Shown one piece after another: positions 27,980 through 42,116 of a stretch of 64,000 bases of DNA. This stretch comes from Cirrosporium novae-zelandiae (taxonomy: Eukaryota), in assembly GCA_026023565.1 (NCBI GenBank), contig JAPETS010000001.1:62001-126000 (forward strand), read 5' to 3'. The first letter of the stretch is position 1. Each line of letters opens with the position of its first letter. The position numbers were made by a program, and so were the translations under genes. Below the pieces are notes generated by a model. It did not search any database and was not told the DNA's origin. It saw only the letters and a program-made list of their open reading frames with translations.

Positions 27980-29218
27980 CTTGAAGGTTGAAGTCCGTCA
28001 GACGTCCAAGCGAGAGATTGTGGGGAACAAAAAGATTAAGCTGATGGACAGAAATATCGTGAGCGAAGAATAAATGGCTAAAGGTACTGATTTTCAGGCC
28101 AGGAGTGGCAGATCCAATTCCAGGAATCCAGCTCTTTCTTTCGGATCGTCACAAAAGCATATTGCAGTCCTCACCGCACAGATGGATCTTAAGCTTCTCG
28201 TATGTCGCGTTTGGTCTGTAAGATAAGGAATGTTTTGGTGGATAGGAGCCAAACTTCTCTGGAAACACGAGACGGTTTGTCCTTTGAAATCGAAGAAGGT
28301 TCAGCGAAGCCAGTTTTGACTGTATGCGGATGGGGGTTGATTAGTTTTATCTTTCAAGGACTTGTCAGCAAAGCCAGCAATTTGCCGAACTTGGTAAGGT
28401 GAGAGATCTAGAAGGGGAGGAATTTTGTTGGACCAACGCAATCAGATTCACGGTTCCACAGGTAGAGAATGGAGATATTTTGGTCTGAGATGAAGGGCAG
28501 TTTGATTTTTGACGCACCTTTTCCTTGGTGATTGCCGGCTCGAGGGAATAATATTGTCAGTTAACCGCGTCGGTAAGGCCTTGATGCAGCGGCTGTGGTT
28601 CGAAATAAGTAAACGGCAGTTTCCGCATCTAATTGACGTAAGGCTTTTTGGGCTGGGCAGGCTGGGATGAATTATGCCAAGTTGAAGCCCAACCTACTCT
28701 ACAATTTTGATAATCGATTTAGGTACTTAAATAGCCCGTGCTTCCACTATGATGGTGGTGGTGGTGATAGTGATGAGGAATTTCGTATCTTAGGTTAACT
28801 AAATCAATATAGTTAGTTAAGTATCATAACTTTTTCTTTCATTATTTGTGTATAAATTATTGATACCTGAGGAACCTAATATATTATTCTCAAAGCCCTG
28901 AATTCGGTTAGATGGCTGGGTCTTGGCTTGACCCTGGCTGCCTGGTTGAACAAGCATTCAGGCAATCACCTCTACTCTACCTAGGTAGGTACTTATGTCA
29001 TTAACTGCCTAGGGACTGAGTGAGGTACCCGAGTTACTCAACTTTCTTTCTGTAGTAAATTAATAATTCATCAAGATGCGACGAGTTGTCTATAGATGAC
29101 TTCAGATGTTATTGATTACATATTCATCTGATTTGATCTACTGCTTCAAGGTCTACAGCTGCTGCATGCTACTAAACCCTAGGAATATCATCCTAGGTGA
29201 ACGTTTCAAGGTGAAAAC

Positions 29219-32200
29219 ATGGCTTCCAACAACGAAGCTGTAAATGAGAATGCAACCGAGCGCCCCAGCCCAGCTTTAGGAGAAGAAGATAATGCTCTCG
29301 GATTTCTTGATGCTGACATCAAAGATCAAGATGACCTCGAACGAGATATTTCGCGCCAGGCAAGCCCTTTGTTGGAAATTCTGTTCGAGTCATCTTGAAT
29401 AACATGGGTTTAGGCAGATTTGCTGCTCATGGAGCAAGCCGATGAACGGGATAATAAACGCCTAGAGAAGACCAATATAGAAAAAAAGTAAGTTCTTGAT
29501 GGTTACCACAGCACGTTTCTATCAGTCTACAGTGAGAACTAATTCCTTAATAGTAAACTGAGCGCACATATTCAACGTCTTCGACAACGCCTAAATCAAC
29601 ATCCTGGCGCCGCTTCGTCCTTACGTATTCAAGCCGAGATCTCGAGCACCGAAGATAAAATCAAATCGCTTGACACGGACTTGGCCCAGATCCAAGAAAG
29701 GATCGATATTCGGCATAAAGATGTGAATGGCAATGGCGAAGGCAACCAGAAGGAGAATGGTACTAGGCGATTACCAAATGAAAGCCAAAGAGAATTTCTT
29801 ATCAGGACTGGCAAGATTACGCCCTTCTCAAAGATGGCTGATAGGGGCGGTGCAGGACCTGCAGCCAATCTCGAGGAGGTCTTACTTGACGCTGAGGAGG
29901 AAGATCCCGATGAAGAAGAGTATCAACCTGAATATTCCACTCAAGCCCCAAAGTCACACCGGCATCTTCTTCTTCCTGGCTTTACTGAAGACCAATGGAG
30001 TGAGACTGATTCGGGGGTTGCGGATCTCCGACCCTCGAAGCGGAGAAAATTCCAAGATGGGACCCAAGATGCTGAATCTCTAATCGGTGAAGACTCTGAT
30101 GAATACATCCCGGACAAACACTCTGGTGCTAGTGATATATCTGAGGTTGAGGAATTAGATAATGAGCGTGATGATGAGTTCATGCCAACTTCGCTTCCTC
30201 GATCGCGTAAACGAAAATCTGCGCCTAAACCAAAGCCTGCCGATGGCAAGATTGAGGATTTTGTAGACGTGGATGATGGGAATGAGCAACTCTATCAAAC
30301 CAGGCTACAAAATTGGGTTTCTCGACGTCGGCGAGCGCGACAAAAGAATTTGAAACGGCAGGAACAGAATAATATCTCTATAGACCCCGAAGCAATACCT
30401 TCAAGTCCAGCGCAACCCCAGATAGCAGAGGGAGATGACGGACAGGCGAGTACAGAACCTGAATGGTATCTTCCCCACCCGATAGAAGGAGACACTGAAT
30501 TTGAAGGTGGTTACAAAATTCCAGGAGATATCTACCCGTTACTTTTCGACTACCAAAAAACCGGCGTACAGTGGCTTTGGGAACTTTATTCGCAACAAGT
30601 TGGGGGTATCGTCGGTGATGAAATGGGCCTAGGCAAAACAATACAAACCATCTCTTTTTTGGCAGGCCTCCATTACAGCAAGCTTCTTACTAAACCGATC
30701 ATCGTTGTCTGCCCTGCGACTGTAATGAAGCAATGGGTTAATGAATTCCATCGTTGGTGGCCACCTTTGCGGGTTTCGATACTGCATTCTTCAGGCAGTG
30801 GCATGGTTGACATTGGACGGGAACAGCAGCGAGAGGAGTCGCTTATTTCCGAAAGGTGGAAGTCTTCCCGCTCCCAAAAACTCCCCCGAGGCCATAAGGC
30901 TGCGAAGAAAATTGTAGACCGTGTAGTTAAAGAAGGTCACGTCTTGGTTACAACATACACGGGTCTGCAAACCTATGCCAAACTTTTGATACCGACAAAC
31001 TGGGAATATGCAGTCCTGGATGAAGGACACAAAATTCGAAACCCCAACACAGCGATTACAATCTATTGCAAGGAATTGCTCACTGCAAATCGTGTGATAC
31101 TTTCTGGCACTCCGATGCAAAACAACCTTGCAGAACTATGGTCTCTATTTGACTTTGTATTTCCAATGAGATTGGGCACTTTAGTTAACTTTCGAAATCA
31201 GTTTGAAATTCCAATCAAGCAAGGTGGTTATGCAAACGCCTCCAACCTTCAAGTTCAAACGGCAATGAAATGCGCCACGACCCTGAAGGATGCAATTAGC
31301 CCTTATCTCCTTCAACGATATAAAGTCGATGTAGCCTCAGATCTACCCAAGAAAACCGAGCAACTTGTTTTTTGCAAACTTACCAAGTTACAAAGAGATG
31401 CATATGAGACTTTTCTAGCCTCTGGCGACATGAAATCTATTATGAATGGGAAGAGACAAGTTCTGTTTGGCATTGACATCTTGCGAAAAATATGTAATCA
31501 TCCTGACCTTGAAGATCACAAGAATCTGGCGCTGAAACCGGGCTACGAATATGGAAGTCCAGCGAAATCGGGCAAGATGAAGGTTGTCAAAGGCCTTCTG
31601 GATGACTTTAAAAATAAAGGTCATAAGACTTTGCTGTTTGCGCAACATCGCATCATGCTTGATATCCTCGAAAATTATATCAAATCACTCGGTGGATTCA
31701 ACTATTGCAGGATGGATGGCACTACACCAATAGCCCATCGCCAAACAATGGTTGACAAATTTAATAATACTCCAGACCTCCATGTCTTTTTGTTGACAAC
31801 CAAGGTTGGGGGTCTTGGCATCAATCTGACTGGCGCGAATCGAGTACTCATCTACGATCCAGATTGGAACCCCTCTACCGATGTTCAGGCCCGCGAGAGA
31901 GCCTGGCGACTTGGACAAACTCGGGAAGTAAAAATATTTCGTCTATTAACTGCGGGGACAATTGAGGAGAAGATTTTCCATCGCCAAGTTTACAAACAGT
32001 TTCTTACTAACAAGGTTCTAAAAGACCCGACACAGCGTCAGACATTTCAAATGAAAAATCTCCATGATCTTTTCACACTAGGGTCCGAGGATGAGAAACA
32101 TACAGAAACTAGCGAGTTATTCAAAGGTAACGAAGTGAGATTTGACACATCAGCTTCTGGGAAAGCCAGGGAAGATGCCGTTAACCGTATTACTCCATGC

Positions 32201-32944
32201 ACGCAGGAAGGTGAGGAGACAACATCAAACAAAGACTCTTCCAACATACGAGATGTAGCTGGAGTGCATGCAGTTGAGCATTTTAATGACCAAAAGGGTT
32301 CTGGAGATCGGAATTCGGATGATCGTGTTATGGAAGGAATTTTCTCCCGGTCGGGGGTGCAGTCTGTACTCGAACATGATCAAATAATCAATGGCAAAAA
32401 GGTTATTGCAGCAGATCCGAAGATGGTTGAGAAGGAGGCTAAAAGGGTTGCTGCAGAGGCCGCTCGGGGATTGAGGAAGGCCGGTGAGATAGCTAAAAGA
32501 GTCCCGATCGGTACAGTGACATGGACAGGGGAATTTGGCACTGGTGGGCGACCAGAAGGGCCCAGCTCACAAGGAGGGTTTTTGAGAAACACTGCACGTG
32601 GTGGGCCTGCATCTTCGAGTATCCTAGCCTCTCTGCAAAGCCGACGGGTTGGCAACAATGCTGCCAATAGCGGCAGGGTAGGACAGTCTGGCGAGAGCTC
32701 CCGATCAGGGACCCCAGCATCTCGTGGACTGGACTTCATCAAGATGATCAGAGATTACATTCAGGTGCAAGGTGGCTATGTCTACACTCAAATGCTCATC
32801 GACCATTTCAACCGGTACTGCAAAACAGACCGGCAGTCGCAGGAGTTTGGTGCAATGCTTCGGGAGATTGCAGTCTTGGAAAAGGGAAGTCGAGGTCGAG
32901 GTCGATGGGTGCTGAAAGAGGAGTATCGCAATACGAGGTCTTGA
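29219..32944 (+). CDS. RAD26: Transcription-coupled repair SNF2 ATPase Rad26/CSB
   Basis: Exons 29219-29359, 29414-29487, 29554-32944 (first intron GC-AG); GDEMGLGKT, LDEGHKIRNP, SGTPMQN, QARERAWRLGQ, TWTGEFG. Confidence 0.95.
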
Positions 32945-33824
32945 TAAGGGGCTACTACACCATAGCTAGGTTCTATTTGCAGTGGATATGGACAGGGCTT
33001 GTGGTACAAGCAATGGCGCTAGTTTATATTTCTTGCTAAGGACAATCAATAGCTAATGTTGATAGCTGTTGATAGTAGTGGAGAGTAAAATGGAACAGAG
33101 TTTCCAGGAACCCATCACGCGCTCGGGAAAGAACGAAACACTCACAAATGGGTTCTCAGCATTGTCTTCACAGAATACTAGAATTAATAGATTTATGGAT
33201 TTAATGAGCAGACAAGCATAGATAGTTAGAATTAATCAAAGGTGATTAAAATAATAAATGTCGGGGTAATCAATTATGTGAGCGCGTGCCCATGACAACA
33301 GACGACAGGGGCCATTTGTAGTTAGAAAAGTGTAGCTAAGCGAAAAATGGCGACAAGTAGATCAAAGAAGTCAAGGGAGCATTGACGGCGGTGACGGGAC
33401 AATGACCCAAATTATGACGATCTGAACTGGGATATCCGATTTCGGCTGGCCATCAACTGGTCATCGACCATGTCTTCTTCACCAACCAATCTTTGATATT
33501 TAAAACATCTCTTGGTTGATTGTGTATCGTTCGTTTAACTTAGCCCCAATCATCGAATGATCCACTCTCTTCATTATCGAGCCATTCATTAGATTATTTG
33601 ATTGTCTAGGTACATAATGAACACCCCCCCCGGTTTTTTATCTAATATGGGATCCTTTGAATTATACATTTTATATATTGCAGGCTGCAGTTGGTATGCC
33701 CGACACCGAAATGGCTATATATATCCCTTATATCCCCAACTAGGGCCAACTACCCGCCAAGCTCCCCCATGTTAGATCTCTTGAATCACTGAGCCTTGAG
33801 GTGACAAAGACTTCGCAGCATTTG

Positions 33825-35482
33825 ATGTCCGATCATGAAAATACGCCGGGGAAGACGGCAGCACCAGCCGCGCTTCATGCCCATGCCGACTCCAGGGCCA
33901 TTATCCGTCTCATCCAATGCCCCAAGTGTTCTCTTCTTCTCCGCATCCCGATGACATTTCCCTGCGGTAATTCCTTGTGCCGCTCATGTCTTCCTCCACT
34001 ACATCCACGAGAGCATATATCATATCCCTTGACCGCAGAGAGATTGAATGGCTTCACTTGTCCATTTGACGGCTGTCGAGCTGAGCATTCTCTAGGTGAC
34101 TGTAGCCTCGACATATCCCTGGCAAAAGTGATGAATAATGTCATTTCGGGATTGGAGAAATCCAGCGATTTGGCTCGGGATACGCAAATTCGGTTACACG
34201 AAGAAATACTCCCCTCACCCATACAACCAGAGCCTCTGCCACCTATAACCCAGCACCATTCTAAACTTGAAAACGGTGATTGTCTAGTCGCAGCCTACGC
34301 CTTGGTGATAAAAGGAGAGTTGAAATACGACGCGGAGCTTGCGTATAGCACCCCGTTAGATGATGACTATGGACAGTTGGATTTTGATATCTTGAATCCC
34401 ATCAAGGAAACAGTGAGGTCAGAATTCGATTGCCAGGTCTGCTCTAGCCTGATTTTGGATCCATTGACCACCCCTTGTGGTCACACCTTCTGTCGAAAAT
34501 GCGTTGCACGAGTATTGGACCATTCAGATCTCTGCCCAGTCTGTCGGAGACATCTTTCTATGGCTCCTGGCGCTGCGAATCAGCCAACAAATAAGCGCCT
34601 ATCAGATATCGTCCATGCATTCTGGCCCTATCAGCTCGCTACTAGAATTGAGCTTGCAGCTCAAGAAGAGGCCTCATTGGCCGGTGGCGCAAACGTACCA
34701 TTATTTGTCTGCACACTAGCTTTCCCCACGATGCCAACTTTTCTTCATATATTCGAACCGCGCTACCGCCTTATGATCCGTCGCGCCTTCGAGTCAGGTG
34801 ATCGCAAGTTCGGCATGTTACTTTTCAACAAAGCCGAAAGACTGCAGGGCAATCTTGGCTTGACACCGTTCCTGCAGTATGGGACCATGCTATATATAGA
34901 ACAACTAGAAATGTTACCAGACGGGAGAAGTTTGATAGAAACTGTCGGTATGTCAAAATTTAAGGTTGTAAGTTGGAGCATGGTTGACGGTTATATAATT
35001 GGCAATGTCTCGCGCGTGGATGACATTCCTCTTGCCGAAGAAGAAAATTTAGAAGCTCAGGAAACGGGCCAATCATCCGACCCTTCGGATGACACAGAAG
35101 TTCAGATTGATATAACGCCTACTGGAGAACTGCTAAAGCTAGCTTTAGATTTTATCGCTAAGATGCGAGCTAGCTCGGAACCATGGCTACATCAAAGAAT
35201 TCTCGCAATACATGGCCAACCTCCTGAAGATCCAGCTTTGTTTCCCTACTGGTTTGCAAGTGTTCTTCCTATCTCCGACGAAGAAAAATACGCCTTACTC
35301 CCCTCAACTAGTGTGCGCGAACGCCTGAAAATTATTGCACACTGGATTAGAAGAATAGAATCCAACGGTGGTGAGTTGATATTTTTCTCCTTTATGCCTC
35401 TTCATGGGTTTGCGGATAGCTAGGAAGCTGACGTGGGATAGCTCTTGCAAGCACACAATATGCTGCGGATGTGATTACTTGA
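33825..35482 (+). CDS. RING finger + LON substrate-binding domain protein (LONRF/CrgA-like putative E3 ligase)
   Basis: Two RING-type Cys/His clusters (CPKC..CGNSLCRSC; CQVC..CGHTFCRKC..CPVC); LON-N motif LHIFEPRYRLMIRR; probable terminal intron 35371-35441 (otherwise the ORF ends at 35423). Confidence 0.88.
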
Positions 35483-36189
35483 GGTAGCAACGTCGCGACA
35501 TATGCTGCTGTCGCCAATTCTATCCCGGAGCAGCAAGAAGACGTTCAGCAACAACAGCAGAATGTATTCCCTTCGCTGCTATTTCTGGCCCAACCGACGT
35601 TTCAACCTATAGTCTCTTTTTTAATCATTCAACCTTAATCGTCATGGATGCTAAGTTATATGCATGCCTCAGTTATTCGTGCACATAACTTAGGTCACAT
35701 GACCCTCATTATAGCTGCGTCATGCACCTTTGGTTCTAGTTCTCAAGTCAACATATCCCCGCTAGTTATACCCCTATATTCGAGCATTATTAAGCCCTAT
35801 CCTCAGCGTTGTAACACTAATCCTAAATTCACTGTGATGGCTGGTTGATCAGATTCTAGTTTAACCTCCAAGTTCAAGTAATGTTTGGGCGATAGTGCGT
35901 TTCGATTTTCTACGTCAGGTGAAACACCACCGATGCATATGAAGATGGCGTTTTATCTATGACTTAAACAGATACTTAGGGATGAAGATCATATACTCAA
36001 GACCTTTTGGCTTAGATTGGCGAAGGCAAATTAGATAAATATGACTGCACTGCCATCGTTCTGGAATCACTCTAGTCTCGGGTTTGGGGGTCATAAGTCT
36101 TTTCATGGGTGGTTGCTGAGCTTTAAAGCTCAGATGGGAAAAGTGCACGGACCACATCAGGATTATGCCCTATCAGATTCTCGTGATCA

Positions 36190-37727
36190 CTATTCTTTGA
36201 TATACAGCCCTTCTTCGGGCGGTGGGACACCGTACCAATCTAATCCTAATTTATCCTTTGGGTCTGGGTCTGGCATCTGATAATAGCCATCATATCTCCA
36301 CCAAGTCCGGCCATCCCATACATCTTCTACGGGCTCTACTCTAGCAGCCGACATTTCATCGCGGATCTTGACCACATCCTTCCATACCCGTAGAATGTTC
36401 TCACCTGCGACTTTGGCAAGTTGTTCCTCGGTGGCACCGCGATCGAGGATGGCTTTTAGTAATCTTGGGTAGCACTTGACGTCTTCCAGGTCTTGAATGA
36501 CACTTGCAATGCCGTCAAAATCAGAGCCGAGTCCCACAAAGTCCCAGCCGATTCTATTGGCTATATAGAATAGATGGTCCAGAACCATGTCCATTGTGGC
36601 ATCCTTTCTTCTTGTCGTCACGTGCTCGGGGACAAAAGTTACCATAACTATACCATGGTTGGCAAGAACCATATCTAACACCGAATCAGAGACATTCCGC
36701 GGACAGTCAAAAACTGATTTGGCGTTGCTATGTGAAAACATGACAGGTGCCTTGGTCAATTCAAGAGCTTCTTTTGCACAATCTTCAGATACATGAGACA
36801 AATCAATCATCATTCCTGGTGAAAGGTCAGATTAGATCTTCTAATACGTTATGGGAAGGATGGAGACCTATCCGATTCATCTCTTTGATTGCCGATCGTC
36901 CCAGCTTTGATAACCCACCATGCACTGGTCCAACTTTCGATGTCGACGAATCCGCAAAGGCATTGTTGCAAACATGAGTTAAGGTGCACTGGAAGCCTGG
37001 TTATTCCTGTGCTTAAAAAAAAACTACTACCATTTTTGGAATGTTTGCATACATATCTAACCCCGAGCAGATAGAAAGCACGTATAATGCCGATGCTATT
37101 ACCTGCCATGTGCAGGCTGGTAGGGACATATGAGAATTGGTATGTGATCTTTGCAACTACTGTGCTACTCACCCCTCAATTCCGATGGAGCATCCTATCT
37201 TGCCTTGGGCATAGACCCGCTTAACATCTTCTGGTTCACGGACTAGCTCAAATACGGCTGGATAAGACTGAATAAGCCTCAGCGTCAAATCAATCTGCTC
37301 GATAGCATCCCGTGCCATATCACTATATTCTGGAGTTGAAAAGTTCTCTGCCGACCTGAGGCAAGGCACACAGACAGACCAAAACTGCCCACCAACCGCT
37401 CCTACGTAACGTTAGTAGGTACTTTGGTGTCTAGATGTGCTCGAAGCCCTCCTCGAGCGTTACTATTGATAATCGCTAAGAAAGGGATAACTATAACATG
37501 CCTTCACGAAGCCGTGGAATATCGGTCATTCCCCGTGTAAATCCTTTTTCAAGGTCGAACTTCTCGTTGCCATGGATCCTGCCATGGAATATGGCGCGTG
37601 GCTGCTGTGGAAGATCGTTGTGGCCGTCTATAAGAGGGGTTTTTTGCAATACTCTCTTGACTCGGTCGTCTATATCAAGAAGTTGATATGGATGGGTATT
37701 ATGATCTGTAGATATTGACTGAGCCAT
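36190..37727 (-). CDS. Peptidase M19 (renal/membrane dipeptidase family), leaderless
   Basis: Exons 37727-37502, 37401-37173, 37116-37053, 36988-36868, 36815-36190; [46 protein letters not shown]. Confidence 0.92.
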
Positions 37728-38279
37728 CGCGCTAGAAAAAGAGTACCGTTGCCTTGCGGGTTCAGAAATAATCAATAGGGCTTAATTTCAGCTCGTACTT
37801 TTCATGGGCAGACTAATTTATATCCTTTTTTATATATACTTCCGTCTTAAATATATATAAACATAACCTAGCCGTTTCTACAGCAGATAGACGTCTCAGA
37901 ATATTTGCAGGACCCTTCGGTATCGATAACGGTGACATCCGGTAACAAGAGATCTTATCTTTTCCGTCGGTAAACTCGCGGATAGCTTAGCCCCCGTGTT
38001 ATCTCAATCACCTGGGCCAAACCAGCCAATACAACATCAAATAAGACTGGCAGAATACCAAATACCTATAATTCGTATCGACCGCGTATTTCCGTATCAA
38101 GGGATCACTGATAACTCAGGGCTAGCAACAGTGCATTTGGATAGAATAACGTTGGGAGCACTGTATATAAACAGGAAATGAACCATATCAACCATGACTT
38201 TTGGCTACTTGGGATGGCCTTGCGCTTTTCACACTATTTGACTTAATTCTTTGGAAACCAGATTCTCAATTAATCGATA

Positions 38280-40318
38280 ATGGCTGATAAATTGAAGCCG
38301 ATTACCAAGGAGACTCTTGATGCTAAATCCGACGATGCTGCGGTAAAGGTCTTTGATGAGATAGCTTCCAAAGGGGAATTAACTGAAGGGGTCGACTATC
38401 GTGCCTTGCTCTGGAAGATTGACCTTCGTTTAGTTCCGTTGCTGTTAGTTCAACTCTAGCTTGGTTGTCGTCTGGGGTTCGTTTATTATCCTCGGGTTAA
38501 CCGTTTTCCAGAGCTATAACGTATATGCTTCAGTCCATCGACAAGACCACGCTCGGCTATGCAGCGGTGTTCGACCTCCGTGAGGAGACCCATCTCCATG
38601 GAACCCAGTACTCCTGGCTTGGTTCTATTTTCTATCTGGGATATCTGATATGGGAATACCCCACTGGCTTACTGCTGCAGAAGCTCCCTGTCAACAAATT
38701 CATGTCCGCCACGGTTTGTTCACCCTTCGACCCTTAGTCTAGTGGCTACTGAGATGTGCGGTTCTCGCTTTTGTAGGTAATCGTATGGGGGATCGTTCTC
38801 ATGTGTCATGCTGCGGCCAATGACTTTCGCGAATTGGCTACTGCTCGAGCCTTCCTGGGTGCCTTTGAAGCTTCCATCAACCCGGGGACCATGCTGATCT
38901 TCGCTATGTATTACAAGCGTTCTGAACAGCCCTTTCGCATGGGCATCTGGATTGGATCTGCAGGAGTCGCGTATGTGCTTGCAGGAATTGGAAGTTTTGG
39001 TATTGGTCATATCAACGGAGCCCTGAGTAGTTGGCAGTATATGTTTCTTGTGAGTGCAAAGGGAAGATTGGTGTTTTAACCAGCTCCTTGGCTGACACTT
39101 AGGGGCTAGATTTGGGGCGCCGTTACAACGGCATGGGGTACATACCTTACGAATGTGTGTTTGTGGTGATGGTAAACGTGCTGAAGCTTAATTAGGCTGC
39201 GTGCTTTGGTTCCTGCTGCCCGGACCTCCACATACTGCCAAATTCTTATCAGCAGCGGAGAGAAGACATGCCGTTGAGCGTGTCAAAGAGAATGATACGG
39301 GTATCGAAAACAAGGTCTTCAAGAAGGAACAGGTATTATCAAGTTTCTTGTTTGGGTATCGATTCCCAATACTTACAAGTGTCGCAGTTCATGGAGGCTA
39401 TTATGGATATTAAAACATGGCTGCTGTTCACTTTTGCAGTCAGCAGTAATTCCCCCAACGGCGGTCTTACCACGGTATGTCATCCTAGGAAATTTTTCAA
39501 GCAATGGAAATGTTCTTAACGCCAAACGTGACACCAGTTCCAAGGCCTAATCATCAAAGGGATGGGTTTCTCAACATTAGAAACAACATTAATTCAGATG
39601 CCATCAGGCGGCATCCAGTTTGTCGTTTGTGTTACTGCAACGTAAGTTTACCATCCATTTCCCATCATCCCTATCTGAATTACACAAGAGCCATTCACCA
39701 ACTCTCATATTACCCACAGCTATCTCGCCTCCCACTTCCGCAATGCCCGCCTCCCCACAATGATTGCATGCCTTGCCCCCTTTCTCGCGGGTGTCATTGG
39801 TCTCCACCTCCTCACAACCTCAAACCCGTACGGCCGCCTCACTTGCCTCTGGATTTGCTTCTCCTACACTGCCTCCTGGACCCTCAGCATGTCCGTCTCC
39901 ACAGCCAACACAGCAGGACACACAAAAAAGGTCACGACGAATGCCATTCTCATCATTGGATACTGTCTGGGAAACTTCATAGGGCCATTTTTCTTCCTTG
40001 ACGATCAGGCGCCCACGTACGGGTTGGGGGTTGGTATGATGTTCTTCTGTATTGTTGTGCAGGTGTTGAGTATTTTGGGAATTTGGGGTGTGTTGTGGCG
40101 GAGGAATAGGAGGAGGGGTAGAGAGGTGGTGGAGGGTAGTGAGCAACAAGCAAGGGATGAAGCATTATTGGATCTTACGGATTGGCAGAAGAAGTACTTT
40201 AAAGTGAGTTTTTATCTTTTTATTCCCTTGCCTCGGCTTCCGGTTCTCGACTGCTATTACGACTAAAGACTAGAAAACCAATTGCTAAACGAAATTCGCT
40301 CTCTAGTATGTTTATTAA
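38280..40318 (+). CDS. MFS transporter, DAL5/allantoate-dipeptide permease family
   Basis: 9 exons joined by GT-AG introns; KIDLRLVPL, QSIDKTTLGYAAV, YSWLGSIFYLGYL, ANTAGHTKK, YCLGNFIGP, DLTDWQ..FKYVY. Confidence 0.92.
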
Positions 40319-40532
40319 ATCTTCATCGGCTGTTGGTTTCTATGGTCTTTATATAGACTATACCCAGAATTCAATTTTCAGCGGCTGTGGCTATTAGGGC
40401 TTAATCGAGCTAAGCGACATCGCTTATTGCGGGTACAAATAGGAAGTCATCCATTTCGACTTGCTGTTCTCCAACCATCCACCCCTCACCCCCATCAGTC
40501 AGTCAGGTAGGTAATCATTGGCAACACGAGGC

Positions 40533-42116
40533 TTAATCAAAACAGAATTCAGAAAACTAGACAAGGTATAACATATTAGTTTCATATTCAAAAAAAACCT
40601 CAACAAATAGAGAATTGTCTATCACCTTGACAGTTTTGGCTTTGCGTTCGAATGATATTTCTGAGCTCTCGAAGATGGGGGAGTGAGAGTCATCGTGTTC
40701 CGTCATATTTGGGATCTCATTTGCCTGCATCCTCAACTTTTGCAAATGATTCCCCATCGATCGGACAATCTCAACCGTATTTTTCTTTGTCATCATGATC
40801 TTCACCAAACCATCATCACGTAATTCATCTGACCATTCAACCTTTTTGCCATGAACATTCCAGCGTACCCATTTCCCTTGAACTTCTGGACTCTCGTGTT
40901 GTTGTTGCTTCCGTTTCATGTTCCATTTCCCTTCTCCTCTACCAATGCTCCTTTCATCTCCCTCGCTATCAGAATTATCAGAATCATCGTCACTGCTTTC
41001 TTCTTCTTCTTCACCCCAGTTCGTCGGGGGTTGAAAGAAGAATGCGTATAAAACGCTCTTTGGATCTACCATCCCTGAGGTCGTCATGGCAGGGAAAATA
41101 TCAAATGTTGTCGCGAGATCTTTTGCACCCAGCCGAACCCTTCCAAACCCGGCGCTCTTGGAGAGTCGTAAATAAAGCCCTTGTTGAGGTGCGCCATTTT
41201 GGCTGACTTTGAGAGTCTTACACCTCCAACCAACCTCAGCCCATCGGCACACCGTTTGAAGCATATCTAGATTCAGACGAGTCCCCCGGTTCATTGACTT
41301 TCCTTTATTTTGCATTTCGCGCCCGTGGTGGTTACTGCAAAGTGGCATCAGTGCGTCTCCGTCATAAAGCAAGCTATGGTGTAGGTAGGCTACGTACTGG
41401 ATGCCTAGCACTGTTTCAACACCATCATAGGCACCCCACACTGGAGATCCACTGATCCCTTTTTCTGTTTCAACCAAGTATTCTAATTGGTGCTCATTGA
41501 TCTTCTTACGGACCCCCGAGTTTGTTATTGGCTTCCCGGGATCAGTATCTGTTTTATACCCTGTGATCCGAAGTTCTCCCTCGATGGTAACCTCCTTCAT
41601 AGAGCTGAGTTTCAGATTAAACCCGAAACCTGCTCGAGGAGACTGCATCTCGCGTAATGGAATAAGTATTGCCCCATAGTCGTTGACTGCATTTTTTGGT
41701 CCCGGATCCTGCTCATAACTTTTGCAAATCCTGATATTTTCATTGGTGACAAGGATCTCGCCAACTGAGCCAATTCCCATAATTTTGAGGTTTGTACATC
41801 GTTTCTTTTTCCCACTGATGAGGTTATGACCAGCGGTTAAGACTATATCATATTGGCTGCTTCCTAGATTAATATAAAACGCGGTACCGAAACACCTTAT
41901 GCCTTGTCTCACGTCAGCCTATCATCGGGTGAAAAGATTACTCTCGTAAATCGGCTATGTATGAGGCGGGCAGCTATTACCATTCATCTCAAACTGAAGT
42001 TTAACGACCCACTCCTGCCGCCTTGCAGAATCAGCATTCCTCAACCCAATGAACATCTCATCGTCTGACAAATCATGCCAGCCTCTATGGTATTCTGCTC
42101 CGTGAAGTGGATCCAT
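40533..42116 (-). CDS. Leaderless trypsin-like (V8/glutamyl-endopeptidase-type) serine protease with an unassigned beta-rich C-terminal domain
   Basis: Exons 42116-41981, 41902-41398, 41334-40626, 40556-40533; triad LTAGH / NDYGAI / TEKGISGSP; splicing restores LGIHN; acidic insert in the C-terminal domain; ends FSEFCFD. Confidence 0.85.

Noticed and set aside
28585..28615. GGTTCGAA resembling a tRNA T-loop
   Set aside because: No complementary T-stem, acceptor stem or cloverleaf
36190..37727. Dipeptidase as a GliJ-like marker of an epipolythiodioxopiperazine cluster
   Set aside because: No NRPS, glutathione S-transferase, P450 or thioredoxin reductase nearby; pairing with a DAL5-type permease suggests catabolism
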